Assembly: GCA_001817065.1 (NCBI GenBank)
Contig: MHHQ01000009.1
Span: forward strand, 16,211-80,210
DNA: 64,000 nucleotides
From: Candidatus Andersenbacteria bacterium RIFCSPHIGHO2_02_FULL_46_16
GTDB lineage: Bacteria; Patescibacteriota; Andersenbacteria; UBA10190
Reading direction: 5' to 3'
Both the position numbers and the translations under genes were made by a program. The notes beneath the pieces are model-generated. The model was not told where the DNA came from, ran no database searches, and worked only from the letters and a program-made list of their open reading frames with translations. Below are positions 46,564 to 56,638 of this stretch, piece after piece. Each line of letters opens with the position of its first letter. Positions within the stretch are counted from its first letter, which is position 1.

Positions 46564-48297
46564 ATGGTGGATGATAATAATAAAAACGTATTAGTGGTTT
46601 TGGCGGAGCAGGGGCTGATAAAAGGCGAGAGTCAGATTAGTGACATCACGCAGCAATTAGATGGTGGTGCCACCCTTGACCAAGTATTAGTGGAAACAGA
46701 TTTGGTTGAGCCGGAGGCTTTGGCCAAAGTCAGAGCGCAAGTGGCGGGGCTGCCTTATGTGGATTTACGGGAGAAACAAATACCTAAGAACGTACTTGAT
46801 ATTATTCCGGAATCAACGGCACGCGGGCACATGATCATCGCTTATGAGCAGACTGATAACGTGGTACGAGTAGCTATGTCTGACCCAAGCGATCGACAAA
46901 TTGTCGAATTTATCCGAAAGAAGGTGGATCGACCAGTGGAGGTAGGTGTCGCATCGGCGGGGGCGGTGAGGAACACATTAGGTAATTATCAGGAGAGTCT
47001 CGAGGCGGAATTGGATGATGTGGTAAGTAAGGAACTAAAATTGGTAAATGAAATAGTGAATGATTTAGGCAAGGCAGCGGAAGACCTACCAATCGTCAGG
47101 ATTACTCAAGCAATTTTAAAACATGCCATAGTGGAGGGAGCGTCAGATATTCACATTGAGCCAACAGATAAGGACGTCATTATCAGATACCGGGTGGACG
47201 GCATTTTACACGATATGTTGGTATTACCCCGGGCAGTTTTAGCTGGATTAGTAGCGCGGATAAAAGTGTTGAGTAATCTGAAAATAGATGAACATCGGTT
47301 ACCGCAGGATGGTCGATTTATGATTGAGTCGGACGAATATAAAGTGGCTTTCCGTGTTTCCACCTTACCGGTGTTTGATGGTGAAAAGGTAGTAATGCGT
47401 TTGTTGGATGAGTCGGGTAAAAAGTTGAGTTTGGATGATATCGGTATTAGACCGGCCGCTTTAGAACTGATGCGACGGATTATAAAACGTCCACATGGCA
47501 TGGTGTTAGTAACTGGCCCAACTGGATCTGGTAAAACAACCACGTTGTACGCGGCCATGAAAGAAGTTAATACGGCGGATGTTAATATCAGCACTATAGA
47601 AGATCCGGTGGAATACCGAATGCCGCGGATAAATCAAACACAGGTTAAACCGCAGATTGGCCTAACTTTTGCTAATGGATTAAGAGCGCTGGTTAGGCAA
47701 GATCCTGACGTTATTATGGTCGGCGAGATTAGAGATGAAGAGACAGCTTCCTTGGCGATCAATGCTGCCTTAACCGGACATTTGGTTCTGACTACTTTGC
47801 ATACCAACAGTGCAGCTGGCGCGATACCGCGGATGCGAGACATGAAGGTTGAGGCTTTCTTGTTGGCCTCAACCGTAAATTTGATAATGGCACAACGGTT
47901 AGTGCGGAAATTGTGCGTGAAGTGTCGCAAGGAGCGAAAGCTAGACGCGCAGGTTATTGGAGAAATAAAGAAGGAGTTTAATAGTGAAGAAATTTTCAAA
48001 ACCTTAGTAAGGGAAAAAGTAGTGAAAGAGGGCTCAGGCTGGAAGGATGTTGTAATTTACCAGGCAGTGGGATGTAAGAGGTGCCACGATGGATATAAAG
48101 GCCGTATAGGGATTTATGAAACTATGGAGATAACACCGGAGATACAGAAGATGATTAAGCCAAGCGTAACAGCAGAACAAATAGAACAAGCGGCCAGAGA
48201 AAATGATGGCATGGTAAGTATGTTAGAAGATGGGATAATTAAAACGGTGGAAGGTACTACTACGCTGGAAGAGGTGCTTAGGGTAGCGCGAGAGTAG
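46564..48297 (+). CDS. pilB: Type IV pilus assembly ATPase PilB (GspE family)
   Basis: GspE N-terminal domain, Walker A GPTGSGKTTT, Asp box, His box and a C-terminal tetracysteine motif (CVKC...CKRC). Start set at ATG 46564 with an SD (aaggtg), to avoid overlap with the convergent ZnuC-like gene. Confidence 0.85.
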   Translation: MVDDNNKNVLVVLAEQGLIKGESQISDITQQLDGGATLDQVLVETDLVEPEALAKVRAQVAGLPYVDLREKQIPKNVLDIIPESTARGHMIIAYEQTDNVVRVAMSDPSDRQIVEFIRKKVDRPVEVGVASAGAVRNTLGNYQESLEAELDDVVSKELKLVNEIVNDLGKAAEDLPIVRITQAILKHAIVEGASDIHIEPTDKDVIIRYRVDGILHDMLVLPRAVLAGLVARIKVLSNLKIDEHRLPQDGRFMIESDEYKVAFRVSTLPVFDGEKVVMRLLDESGKKLSLDDIGIRPAALELMRRIIKRPHGMVLVTGPTGSGKTTTLYAAMKEVNTADVNISTIEDPVEYRMPRINQTQVKPQIGLTFANGLRALVRQDPDVIMVGEIRDEETASLAINAALTGHLVLTTLHTNSAAGAIPRMRDMKVEAFLLASTVNLIMAQRLVRKLCVKCRKERKLDAQVIGEIKKEFNSEEIFKTLVREKVVKEGSGWKDVVIYQAVGCKRCHDGYKGRIGIYETMEITPEIQKMIKPSVTAEQIEQAARENDGMVSMLEDGIIKTVEGTTTLEEVLRVARE

Positions 48298-48403
48298 CAG
48301 TAGCGCGCTAATCAAGACTGGCACATTGTGTTAAGCTGGTGATAAATGGTGGAAATGACGGGCGGCGTAGGGTTTTGTCGTAAGGGTTTTTATAAGTAGG
48401 TTT

Positions 48404-49621
48404 ATGCCAATATATTCTTTCGAAGGACGGCGAGAAAAAACCGGTGAGGTAATAAGGGGCTTACGTGAAGCGCAGTCTCATGCATTACTGGGTCAAGATC
48501 TTCTAACGGAAGGCGTATTGTTGACGCGCTACACACAAAAAGTCCAACGCTTGCCTGGTGCAACGTTGTATTCAATGATTTTTAATCGTGTGCCGGTAAT
48601 CGAGCGAGTGCTTTTTTCGCGCTATTTTTCTCTGATGTTGCGGGCTGGTATGGATGTTAAGCGGTCACTGCAAGCCCTGCAGCAACAGACGCGCAGTAAA
48701 CCCCTGAAAATGGCTTTAGAGAGTGTTTATCATGATATTGAACGAGGTAGAACGTTAGCGGAAAGTATGCAGGTATTTCCGGCGGCATTTCCTCCGATGT
48801 TTATAAGTTTTATTGAGGTAGGTGAAACAACGGGGCGATTACAAGAGTCTTTAGAAGTATTGGCGAGTCAATTGCAGAAGGAATATGAGCTGCGAAGAGC
48901 GGTTAAGGGAGGGTTGATGTACCCGGCAGTGATTATTTTAGCTTTAATCGCAGTGGCCATTGCCATGATGTTTTTCGTTGTGCCAAAACTAGTGGAAGTG
49001 TTTGAAGGTTTTAATGTGCAGTTACCAATAGCAACGCGGATATTGATATTTGCCAGCGATATTTTTCAAAACTATTGGATGTGGATATTTATAGGTGTTT
49101 TTGTGTTGTTGGTAGGTGCTTGGGGTTTGATGCAGGTAAAATCGGTTTATGCAGTGGTAAATGAAGGACTATTACATTTGCCTATCTTTGGTGGAATTAT
49201 TCAAAAAGTTAACTTGGGCAGGTTCGCGCGAAATTTAAGTTCCCTCTTACAGAGTGGAGTGTCCTTTATTAGGGCGCTGGAGATATTAGGTCAAAATACG
49301 CCACATCCCAGTTATGCTCGCGTCTTCTCTGCAGCGCGAGAGCATGTCAGGCAGGGTAAAGAATTGAGCAGCTTTTTGGCTGATTTTCAACGACTGTTTC
49401 CACCGATTGTAATTAACGTGATTAAAGTGGGAGAGGAAACAGGAGCGCTAGACCAGGTGTTGGCTGAGACTGCTTTGTTTTATGAGAGTGAAGTTGACCA
49501 AACTATGAAGAATCTGACGTCTATCATGGAGCCAATATTAATGGTGGCTGTCGGATTGGCGGTTGGTGCATTAGCGGTGTCGGTAATCTCGCCAATCTAT
49601 GACTTGGTTAATGTTGTTTGA
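48404..49621 (+). CDS. pilC: Type IV pilus inner-membrane platform protein PilC (GspF family)
   Basis: Two GspF repeats and three TM helices. 405 aa. Confidence 0.85.
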   Translation: MPIYSFEGRREKTGEVIRGLREAQSHALLGQDLLTEGVLLTRYTQKVQRLPGATLYSMIFNRVPVIERVLFSRYFSLMLRAGMDVKRSLQALQQQTRSKPLKMALESVYHDIERGRTLAESMQVFPAAFPPMFISFIEVGETTGRLQESLEVLASQLQKEYELRRAVKGGLMYPAVIILALIAVAIAMMFFVVPKLVEVFEGFNVQLPIATRILIFASDIFQNYWMWIFIGVFVLLVGAWGLMQVKSVYAVVNEGLLHLPIFGGIIQKVNLGRFARNLSSLLQSGVSFIRALEILGQNTPHPSYARVFSAAREHVRQGKELSSFLADFQRLFPPIVINVIKVGEETGALDQVLAETALFYESEVDQTMKNLTSIMEPILMVAVGLAVGALAVSVISPIYDLVNVV

Positions 49622-51206
49622 TAAGAGGCAAAGCGAGCGTATTAATCCAGTTTGGCGACAATTCTTGTTTAGTGACGCAAGGGATAATGGTGTAGTTAGC
49701 AAAAGACCGAAGAGGAAAGTGGCTTCGTCCGGCTTTACGATTATTGAGGTGCTGGTGGCAACTTTTGTGATAGGGACTGCAATTGTAGGATTGTTTGGAT
49801 TGTTTGCGTTGGGACTGCGATTAGCTGGAGAAAGCGAGAATAGACTAATAGCTATTGCCTTGGCTAATGAAAAGATGGAGTTAATCAGAAATCTGCCCTA
49901 CGTGGATGTCGGAACGGCTGGTGGAATTCCAGCCGGAACTATAGTGCAGGAGGAGTCGATGGTGCGAAATAACGTTAATTATCTGGTTAAAACAGATATT
50001 CGATATGTGGATGATCCTTATGATGGGGTAGCTAGTGGTGGAGGAACAGGCGGATGTGTTGCTGTAGCGCATACACCGCCAGGGCAATCGACAAATTGCA
50101 ATGACTTGTGTGTTAACAGCTCAGCGGTGAATGCGCATTTAATGCATGGTGATGTGATGGGTAATTGTGATGGTACATACAGCGGACCGGATGTACTAAA
50201 TACCGATTATAAACAGGTAAGAGTAGAGGTCTCTTGGCCTAGTCCGAATGAACCACGGCCGATTTTACTCATCACGAAAGTGGCGCCGAATGGCGTGGAG
50301 GGCGGCGAATTGTTTGGGACATTAGATTTTCTGGTCATTAATAGCCAAGGCTTGGGAGTAACAGCGGCGAATGTCAGTTTAATTAATAGTGAAGTGGATC
50401 CGGCGGTAAACTATGCAACGCAGACCAATAGTGAGGGACGGGTAGTAGTACCGGGGCTACCGGAAGGCGCGCAAAATTATAAATTGATGGTCAGTAAATC
50501 AGACCATACCACAGAGCAGACGTTTGATGTCTTGTCCGACTTTATACCTGACCCGGACCATACGCATTTATCCATGCTAATTGGGGAAGTCACACAAAAA
50601 ACTTTCGTGATTGATCTGGCCAGCTCGTTGCAGATCACTTTTGAAGAGGGTGGGGATAGTGTGGAAAATTATTGCGAGGGAGCGCCACCTCAACCGTTAG
50701 CAGCGATTGATTATAGTTTGCGAGGAACTAAAACGATTGGGATGGATGACGTTGGTGATCCAGTATATGTGTACGATTATGCCGGTGCGTCGGACGCAAA
50801 CGGGCAAAGTAATCATGAAAATTTGGTATGGGATACTTATGAATTAGATCTAGTAGATGGAGTTGTGTGCGATATTAAGGAAACAAGTTTGATCAGGCCA
50901 GTAACTATTAATCCTGGGGAAGATTTAGCCATGACGGTTAAATTAGTGAAGCATACGGAGGTTTCTTTGCACGTAACGGTGGTTGATACGGCGGGTTTGG
51001 CAGTGGACAACGCCACGGTACGCTTGATAGGAGATGGTGCGGATGAAACACTCGGAACCGGACCGTGGGGTCAAATATTATTTGCTGATTTGCCGGCTAA
51101 TGACCAGTTCGTTTTAATAGTGCAAGCGCCTGGTTATGCGGAATGGCAGGATAATGTTGATGTGGAAGGTACTTCATTGGTACAAGTGGTCATGAGCAGT
51201 CTTTAA
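49599..51206 (+). CDS. Prepilin-type (PilV-like) protein with large C-terminal carboxypeptidase-regulatory-like beta-sandwich domains
   Basis: Class III signal ...SSG|FTIIEVLVATFVIGTAIVGLFG, with an alternative GTG start at 49719 that gives a 5-aa leader with GAGGA SD. PilV-like helix. Two CarboxypepD_reg-like repeats (GxxVxxDxxGxxVxxA...PGxYxLxVxAPGY). Confidence 0.7.
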   Translation: MTWLMLFDKRQSERINPVWRQFLFSDARDNGVVSKRPKRKVASSGFTIIEVLVATFVIGTAIVGLFGLFALGLRLAGESENRLIAIALANEKMELIRNLPYVDVGTAGGIPAGTIVQEESMVRNNVNYLVKTDIRYVDDPYDGVASGGGTGGCVAVAHTPPGQSTNCNDLCVNSSAVNAHLMHGDVMGNCDGTYSGPDVLNTDYKQVRVEVSWPSPNEPRPILLITKVAPNGVEGGELFGTLDFLVINSQGLGVTAANVSLINSEVDPAVNYATQTNSEGRVVVPGLPEGAQNYKLMVSKSDHTTEQTFDVLSDFIPDPDHTHLSMLIGEVTQKTFVIDLASSLQITFEEGGDSVENYCEGAPPQPLAAIDYSLRGTKTIGMDDVGDPVYVYDYAGASDANGQSNHENLVWDTYELDLVDGVVCDIKETSLIRPVTINPGEDLAMTVKLVKHTEVSLHVTVVDTAGLAVDNATVRLIGDGADETLGTGPWGQILFADLPANDQFVLIVQAPGYAEWQDNVDVEGTSLVQVVMSSL

Positions 51207-51228
51207 CTGTTGAGAAATATTTATTGCT

Positions 51229-51876
51229 ATGGAGCGTGGCATAGGGCAACAGGGGCAAAGTAGGCAAAGGGGTCTGACAATAATGGAAATATTAGTGGTG
51301 GTATCTATCAGCTCGATAGTACTAATGGCACTACTACGTTTTTTAGTGGCCGGTTATCCTTTGTCAAAGACAATGGTGTTGCAGCAGCGCTCAACAGAAA
51401 CGGCCAGGGTTAATTTGAAACGGATAGTGAAAAGTTTACGCGAGGCTCGCCATTCTGATACTGGGGCGTATCCGTTGGTAGCAACCGAGCCGCAAAGGAT
51501 TGTTTATTATGCTAATGTGGATAGCGATCCGGCGACAGAAAAAGTTCGCTTGGAATTGTCGGGTAGCGACTTGGTCCGGGGCGTAACTAAGCCGACTGGA
51601 GACCCATTAATATATGACCAAAACAATGAGGTGACAGCGGTGATTATCGCTACGGTCAGGAATGGGACAGAGAAAGTATTTAGTTATTACACTGGAGAGT
51701 TCCCGGTGGATACAGGCGAGTTAACGCCAACGGATTTAACTGAGGTTAAATATATTGCATTCAGTTTACTTATTGATGCCGATCCGGCGGTTGAGCCACC
51801 CGCAATTCAGGTAAAGTCACAAGTACAACTGCGTAATTTGAAGACAAATTTAGGTCAAGTGGTGGAGGCGCCGTAA
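51229..51876 (+). CDS. Minor pilin-like prepilin-type protein
   Basis: QRG|LTIMEILVVVSISSIVLMALL N-terminal methylation-type helix. 215 aa. Confidence 0.6.
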   Translation: MERGIGQQGQSRQRGLTIMEILVVVSISSIVLMALLRFLVAGYPLSKTMVLQQRSTETARVNLKRIVKSLREARHSDTGAYPLVATEPQRIVYYANVDSDPATEKVRLELSGSDLVRGVTKPTGDPLIYDQNNEVTAVIIATVRNGTEKVFSYYTGEFPVDTGELTPTDLTEVKYIAFSLLIDADPAVEPPAIQVKSQVQLRNLKTNLGQVVEAP

Positions 51877-51988
51877 AAGTTACCGACGGGGACTATGATG
51901 TCTGACAGAGGCGGAGGACGAAGGGTAGGCAGAGGTGAAGGAGGGTCAGATGTTTTTTATTGTGACGCAATAACTTATAATAACTGCT

Positions 51989-54343
51989 ATGGGGATGATT
52001 AAAAGACAAGCCGGTCAATCGTTAGTGGAAGTATTAGTGGCGGCATTTATTTTGGGCATATTGGCTGTAGCGCTGGCGGGCGTCTCAACTCTGGGAACGA
52101 AAACGGCGGGGGTCAGCGAGCAAAGAACGGTGTCGCAAGCAATAGCTAACAAAAAAGAGGAGATCCTCAAGTTAACACCTTATTTAGATGTTGGTTATGT
52201 AGGGGGGGGAATACCGGACGGTATTTTTGCTGCCAGTGAAATGGTGAGCATGAATAACCAATCCTATGAAGTAAAAATGGAAATTACGATGATTGATGAT
52301 CCGGCGAATGGCTGCCTGGATGCTGGTGGTACTTGCGATGGCAGCACATTAGATGAAGATACGGCGGATTATAAAAGGGTAGTGATTAGTATTAAATATC
52401 CCTCATCTAATAATGCGACAGATGAGGTTAAAGTCACCGTTCTGAGTATGCCTGGCCAAGCGGAAGATTTATTGAATATGGTGGCGTGTGATTCGACTGA
52501 TACGTCGGGATCTTGCGGAGCCGGGAAGATCTGTTGTGACGAAAGATGTTTGCCCAGGTGCGAGCCTGGCTCTTGTCCGTCGGGCTACACGTGCGCAGCA
52601 GATGGATGTGGATGTGAAGTGGAAAGCTGTCCGACCTGTGGCATGGCGTCTTGTTTCGATGACTTTGAGTGCGCTGCCACTAACCAGCAATGTAAAAATG
52701 GTAGTTGTGTATATAAATGCGTTGATGATGGTGATTGCGGGGGAGAGACTTGCGTTTATGGCATCTGTCAATCTTTTTGTATCAACAATGGCGAATGCAA
52801 TGATGACCAGTTTTGCCAAGACGGAGTATGTCATATGAGCACTTGCCTTGATAATTTCGATTGCCGAGTAGGTTATAGTTGTGTTGATTTTCAATGTCAA
52901 CCGACCGACTGCGTCGATGCCGGTTATTGCCAGTCTAATTTCGAGTGCGTCGAGAATACCTGTATGCCGGCCGCATGTTCGACTGGAACTTGTCCGGGCA
53001 GTTGGGAATGTGTGTTTGGCAAATGCCAGCCGCCGCAGTGTACGGCTGCGCAATTGTGTAATGGACGATCTTGCGTGGAAAGCAAATGCCAGCCGCCATC
53101 CTGTGAAAACCATGAACAATGTGGCGGAATAGCTGTTTGTTTAGGCGGGGTCTGTTCAAGCCCACCGGCATGCGGAGCGGGTTGTCCGGTATCACTATCA
53201 TGTGTGTATGGCCAGTGTTATAAACCCAATATGAGCGTGACGCCATTGATTGTTTCCGAAGAGTGTCCGGCACCGCTCGCTTTTCCATGCCTGCCGGCGA
53301 TGGGTGAGATTACGGTGAATTGGCTGCCGGTTGAAGGCCAAAATTATTGTGAGCCAGCGGTAACAATTGGCTCTTGTACGACGGGCGCTGATCCGGCAGC
53401 CCAATGGAGTGATACGGATGGAGATGGAATTACGAATTGCGGAGCGGTTGGGACTACACCAGCGATAAATGCTTGTACACCAATAAATCCCATTGAATGC
53501 GGTGCTAGTTGTCCGGGGTGCCCGAGTTGTCCCGCTAACGAGTCTTGTATAGAAGGCCAGTGTATGCCGGAGCAACCTTGCCCGGTTGGGTATGCTAACC
53601 ACCCGACTATCGATGGAGCATGCGCAGAGGAAGTGCCGGTGGTACCGCCCATTACGTGTCCGCCGGAAATATGTTCTGGCGCAGCTTATTGTTCGGCTGG
53701 CCAGTGTAAGACCGCCGGTTGTTTAACTGACGATCAGTGCGGAGCTCATGGTAAATATTTATGCCGTAATAATATTTGTATACCGTCACTGGCGAGAGAC
53801 TGCGAGTATTGCATTCCAGCAGAACGAATCCAGTATTGTTATCAGGAAGATTGTTCGACTTGCGGCCAGGGGCCTGGTTCGGCATGCACAGATACACTGG
53901 GTAAGCCGAGCGTAGTAGTATGGGCACAGGATAGTGAAATAGGTTGCAACTATTTGAATTGCGAATACGCACCAACTGTCTGCGGTGACGGTATTTTACA
54001 GCCGGGAGAACAATGTGACGCTCCCGATGATAGCAATTGTCCCGGAGAGTGTGGGCCGCAAGGTGGCTCGATTGAACCAGCTTGCCAGTGCCCGGCACCG
54101 GTATGTGGTAACGGAATACTTGAGCTAGATGAGGAGTGTGATGCACCGCAAGATGCCGCTTGTCCAGACCAATGCGGATCTGCTGGAGCGCCGCCATGTA
54201 TCTGTCCGACACAGGCGGCGCCACCTTTATGTGGAAATGGCTTAATAGATACTATGTTTGGGGAAATGTGTGATTGGTCAGTGGGTGATGCTACGTGTCC
54301 AGGAGGTTATTGCCTTGATATATGTGAGTGCGCGTATCCGTAA
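51989..54343 (+). CDS. Giant cysteine-rich prepilin-type protein (PilV-like N-terminus plus ~35 tandem Cys-rich repeats incl. Myxococcus-type disulfide repeats)
   Basis: AG|QSLVEVLVAAFILGILAVALAG prepilin helix. ~110 Cys in 784 aa in CxxxxC-x4-6-C repeats. C-terminal CGDGILQPGEQCDAPDD..., CGNGILELDEECDAPQD..., CGNGLIDTMFGEMCD repeats match the Myxococcus cysteine-rich repeat (TIGR02232-like). Confidence 0.7.
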   Translation: MGMIKRQAGQSLVEVLVAAFILGILAVALAGVSTLGTKTAGVSEQRTVSQAIANKKEEILKLTPYLDVGYVGGGIPDGIFAASEMVSMNNQSYEVKMEITMIDDPANGCLDAGGTCDGSTLDEDTADYKRVVISIKYPSSNNATDEVKVTVLSMPGQAEDLLNMVACDSTDTSGSCGAGKICCDERCLPRCEPGSCPSGYTCAADGCGCEVESCPTCGMASCFDDFECAATNQQCKNGSCVYKCVDDGDCGGETCVYGICQSFCINNGECNDDQFCQDGVCHMSTCLDNFDCRVGYSCVDFQCQPTDCVDAGYCQSNFECVENTCMPAACSTGTCPGSWECVFGKCQPPQCTAAQLCNGRSCVESKCQPPSCENHEQCGGIAVCLGGVCSSPPACGAGCPVSLSCVYGQCYKPNMSVTPLIVSEECPAPLAFPCLPAMGEITVNWLPVEGQNYCEPAVTIGSCTTGADPAAQWSDTDGDGITNCGAVGTTPAINACTPINPIECGASCPGCPSCPANESCIEGQCMPEQPCPVGYANHPTIDGACAEEVPVVPPITCPPEICSGAAYCSAGQCKTAGCLTDDQCGAHGKYLCRNNICIPSLARDCEYCIPAERIQYCYQEDCSTCGQGPGSACTDTLGKPSVVVWAQDSEIGCNYLNCEYAPTVCGDGILQPGEQCDAPDDSNCPGECGPQGGSIEPACQCPAPVCGNGILELDEECDAPQDAACPDQCGSAGAPPCICPTQAAPPLCGNGLIDTMFGEMCDWSVGDATCPGGYCLDICECAYP

Positions 54344-54823
54344 ATGATGTCTGGAGAAGAAGGAATGAACAACAGCAAAAACAATCAGGCGGGCGGGGTG
54401 ATGTTGTTGGTTTTAATAATAATGATAATTTTTATTGTTATTGCGAGCGCTACCTTGCGCTATGTTATTAGACAATCACATGAGACGATTGACCAGGAAC
54501 AAGAGGAGCAAGCGTTTAACGCGGCAGACAGCGGCGTATCGTATGTGTATTGGTTGTTGGATCCGGCAGGGGGACAGAAAGTCGTGACAGATATTCAGGC
54601 GGTAACCAAGACGGTATATGACGACTTGGATGCAGCAATTGGTACGTTTACGATCGATGACATTGTTACAGATACTAACGAAATTGAATTCACATCAACC
54701 GGGAGAGATATTGCACTGCCTGATCGCTGCCAAGTGATACAAGTTCGTTTGCGACAAGTAGAAGCGAATGAAAGGCATGTCTTAACGGACTGGGATAATT
54801 TGGTGGGGTATCCTTGTTCGTAA
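54344..54823 (+). CDS. PilX-N-like minor pilin/pilus assembly protein
   Basis: Hydrophobic N-terminal helix (GGVMLLVLIIMIIFIVIASATLRYV) followed by EQAFNAADSGV, resembling the PilX_N domain. Confidence 0.5.
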   Translation: MMSGEEGMNNSKNNQAGGVMLLVLIIMIIFIVIASATLRYVIRQSHETIDQEQEEQAFNAADSGVSYVYWLLDPAGGQKVVTDIQAVTKTVYDDLDAAIGTFTIDDIVTDTNEIEFTSTGRDIALPDRCQVIQVRLRQVEANERHVLTDWDNLVGYPCS

Positions 54824-54848
54824 TTTAGCAGATAGATCGACAGATATT

Positions 54849-56486
54849 ATGGGAAATCGCCAGCGAGGGAAATTCTGGAAGCTGATCAAGCAGATAGTCA
54901 AAGGGGCTGAGGATGGGGTAACCGTTGTGGAGTTATTGGTATTTATTGGCATCGGATCGGTTCTGATTGCGACGCTAGCGGTGATCGTATCTGGAACGTC
55001 TCGCGTCTCGCGGCAGCAGATGGAGCAAGGAGTAATCACAGAAAAGGCGCGGGTACAATTAGAAAGAATAAGTGATGAAATCCGGAATGCCCAGTATGTG
55101 GACTGTAACTTGGATAGCGATACGGCTGATGTCAATGAATACTGGTTGTACGGCGCGAGTGATTGGGAAATAATTGTTTTAAGCAATGTGGATGATGATG
55201 TGGAAGCAGAACGGGTGAGATATTTTGTGCAGGCTAGTACTACCGGTGAAACAAAGAAGTTAAAGAGGGCGGTGACGCAGCCAGGTGCATCATTGTGCGA
55301 TTTTTCACCTAATTCTGAAAATATCACAACAGTCCTAGATGGTTTAGTAAATGTGACACTCGACCCTGACAGGCCGCTTTTTCAGTATTTCATGAGTGGC
55401 CAGGATGCAGCCCGTTTAACCACGCCGGTGATACGATTATCGAGCGTGCTTAGGGTGAGGTTGCATTTAGTAATTGACGAGGATATAAACACCGATCCGG
55501 CGCTGGTGGAGGTGGTGACTGATGTGGTACCGCGCGGCGTGGAGGATCCGGGAGCATGTGTGATCAATAGGGTTGATTTTTATCGATACCATATGACCGA
55601 ATCGTTTGCCGATGCCGCTTTTATTTCATGTCAGTCTCATTGCCTAGGGATAGCAGTGCTACCGCCTGGTGAATGTTGTCCCTGGTCAACGGCTTTTTAT
55701 CTGGATTCAGCTACTGGCTGGGTGTGGTCCACGTGCCAGTGCGCTGATACCTATTTGCCGCCGGATATAATTCCAGAAAATGTTAATCTTAACCAATATA
55801 CGTCTTCTGTGAGAGGGTGTTTGGACGGAACCAGATGCGCGGGGCTAAAGGGCGAGGCGGTCTGTGAGGCAGGCTGCCTAGACACACCAGGAGAATGCGT
55901 GTGTGTTTGTCCGGCCGGATTACCGCCGACGACGGCGTGCAATGACGGGGTTGATAATGATGGGGACGGGACGGCAGATTGTTCGGGTTGTGGCGGTGTG
56001 GCGGGTTTATTAGATGATCCAGGATGTTCGGGTTACGGCGATAGCTCAGAGTGGGGCACCACCCAATGTGATGACGGTATCGATAATGACGGTTGTAACG
56101 GAACTGACTTTAAGATTAACGGGACCGGAGATATTGACTGTGTTGATCCGGCGGATGACGACGAAGGCCCTTGTTTGAGTGGTTCTCCGTCAGGTTGCGT
56201 GCCAACACAGATTCCGAGCATACCACAATGCAGTGATGAATTGGATAATGACTGCGCAGGTGATGGGATTGATTATGCCGGTGGGGCGGGGGACTTGCAG
56301 TGCCAAAATATTAACGATAATAATGAATGGTCAATCAACAAGCAGTGCAATGATGGGTTTGATAATGATGCAGACGGGACAGTTGATTGTTGGTGGCTAT
56401 TTTGTGCTAGATTAAGACCTGATGATAAGTCCGCGGACACTGATTGCACCGGTCCAAATGACGACAGTGAGTTTTCGGATGTATAG
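54849..56486 (+). CDS. Prepilin-type protein with C-terminal MopE/thrombospondin-type-3-like Asp-rich Cys repeats
   Basis: AEDG|VTVVELLVFIGIGSVLIATLAV prepilin helix. The C-terminal 200 aa contain CNDGVDNDGDGTADC, QCDDGIDNDGCNGTD, CSDELDNDCAGDGID and QCNDGFDNDADGTVDC repeats (putative Ca/metal-binding, C.DG.DNDCDG..D). Confidence 0.65.
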   Translation: MGNRQRGKFWKLIKQIVKGAEDGVTVVELLVFIGIGSVLIATLAVIVSGTSRVSRQQMEQGVITEKARVQLERISDEIRNAQYVDCNLDSDTADVNEYWLYGASDWEIIVLSNVDDDVEAERVRYFVQASTTGETKKLKRAVTQPGASLCDFSPNSENITTVLDGLVNVTLDPDRPLFQYFMSGQDAARLTTPVIRLSSVLRVRLHLVIDEDINTDPALVEVVTDVVPRGVEDPGACVINRVDFYRYHMTESFADAAFISCQSHCLGIAVLPPGECCPWSTAFYLDSATGWVWSTCQCADTYLPPDIIPENVNLNQYTSSVRGCLDGTRCAGLKGEAVCEAGCLDTPGECVCVCPAGLPPTTACNDGVDNDGDGTADCSGCGGVAGLLDDPGCSGYGDSSEWGTTQCDDGIDNDGCNGTDFKINGTGDIDCVDPADDDEGPCLSGSPSGCVPTQIPSIPQCSDELDNDCAGDGIDYAGGAGDLQCQNINDNNEWSINKQCNDGFDNDADGTVDCWWLFCARLRPDDKSADTDCTGPNDDSEFSDV

Positions 56487-56638
56487 TGGTATCGCCGTCT
56501 CCTACTATTCCGATACCGACTCCCTAGTCTTCGACTACCTTATTTTTTCTCTGTGCTTGACGATGTACGGTTCAATGATTCGATAATATAAGGATGGGAA
56601 AAATAACGGTCCGGCAGAAGAGTGATTGATGATAGCGA

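Noticed and set aside
52469-54224. Several long ORFs (up to 216 aa) on both strands inside the 784-aa Cys-rich gene
   Set aside because: They arise from the repetitive, codon-biased composition of the Cys-repeat gene. They have no start context and no homology, and the plus-strand gene has clear domain structure.
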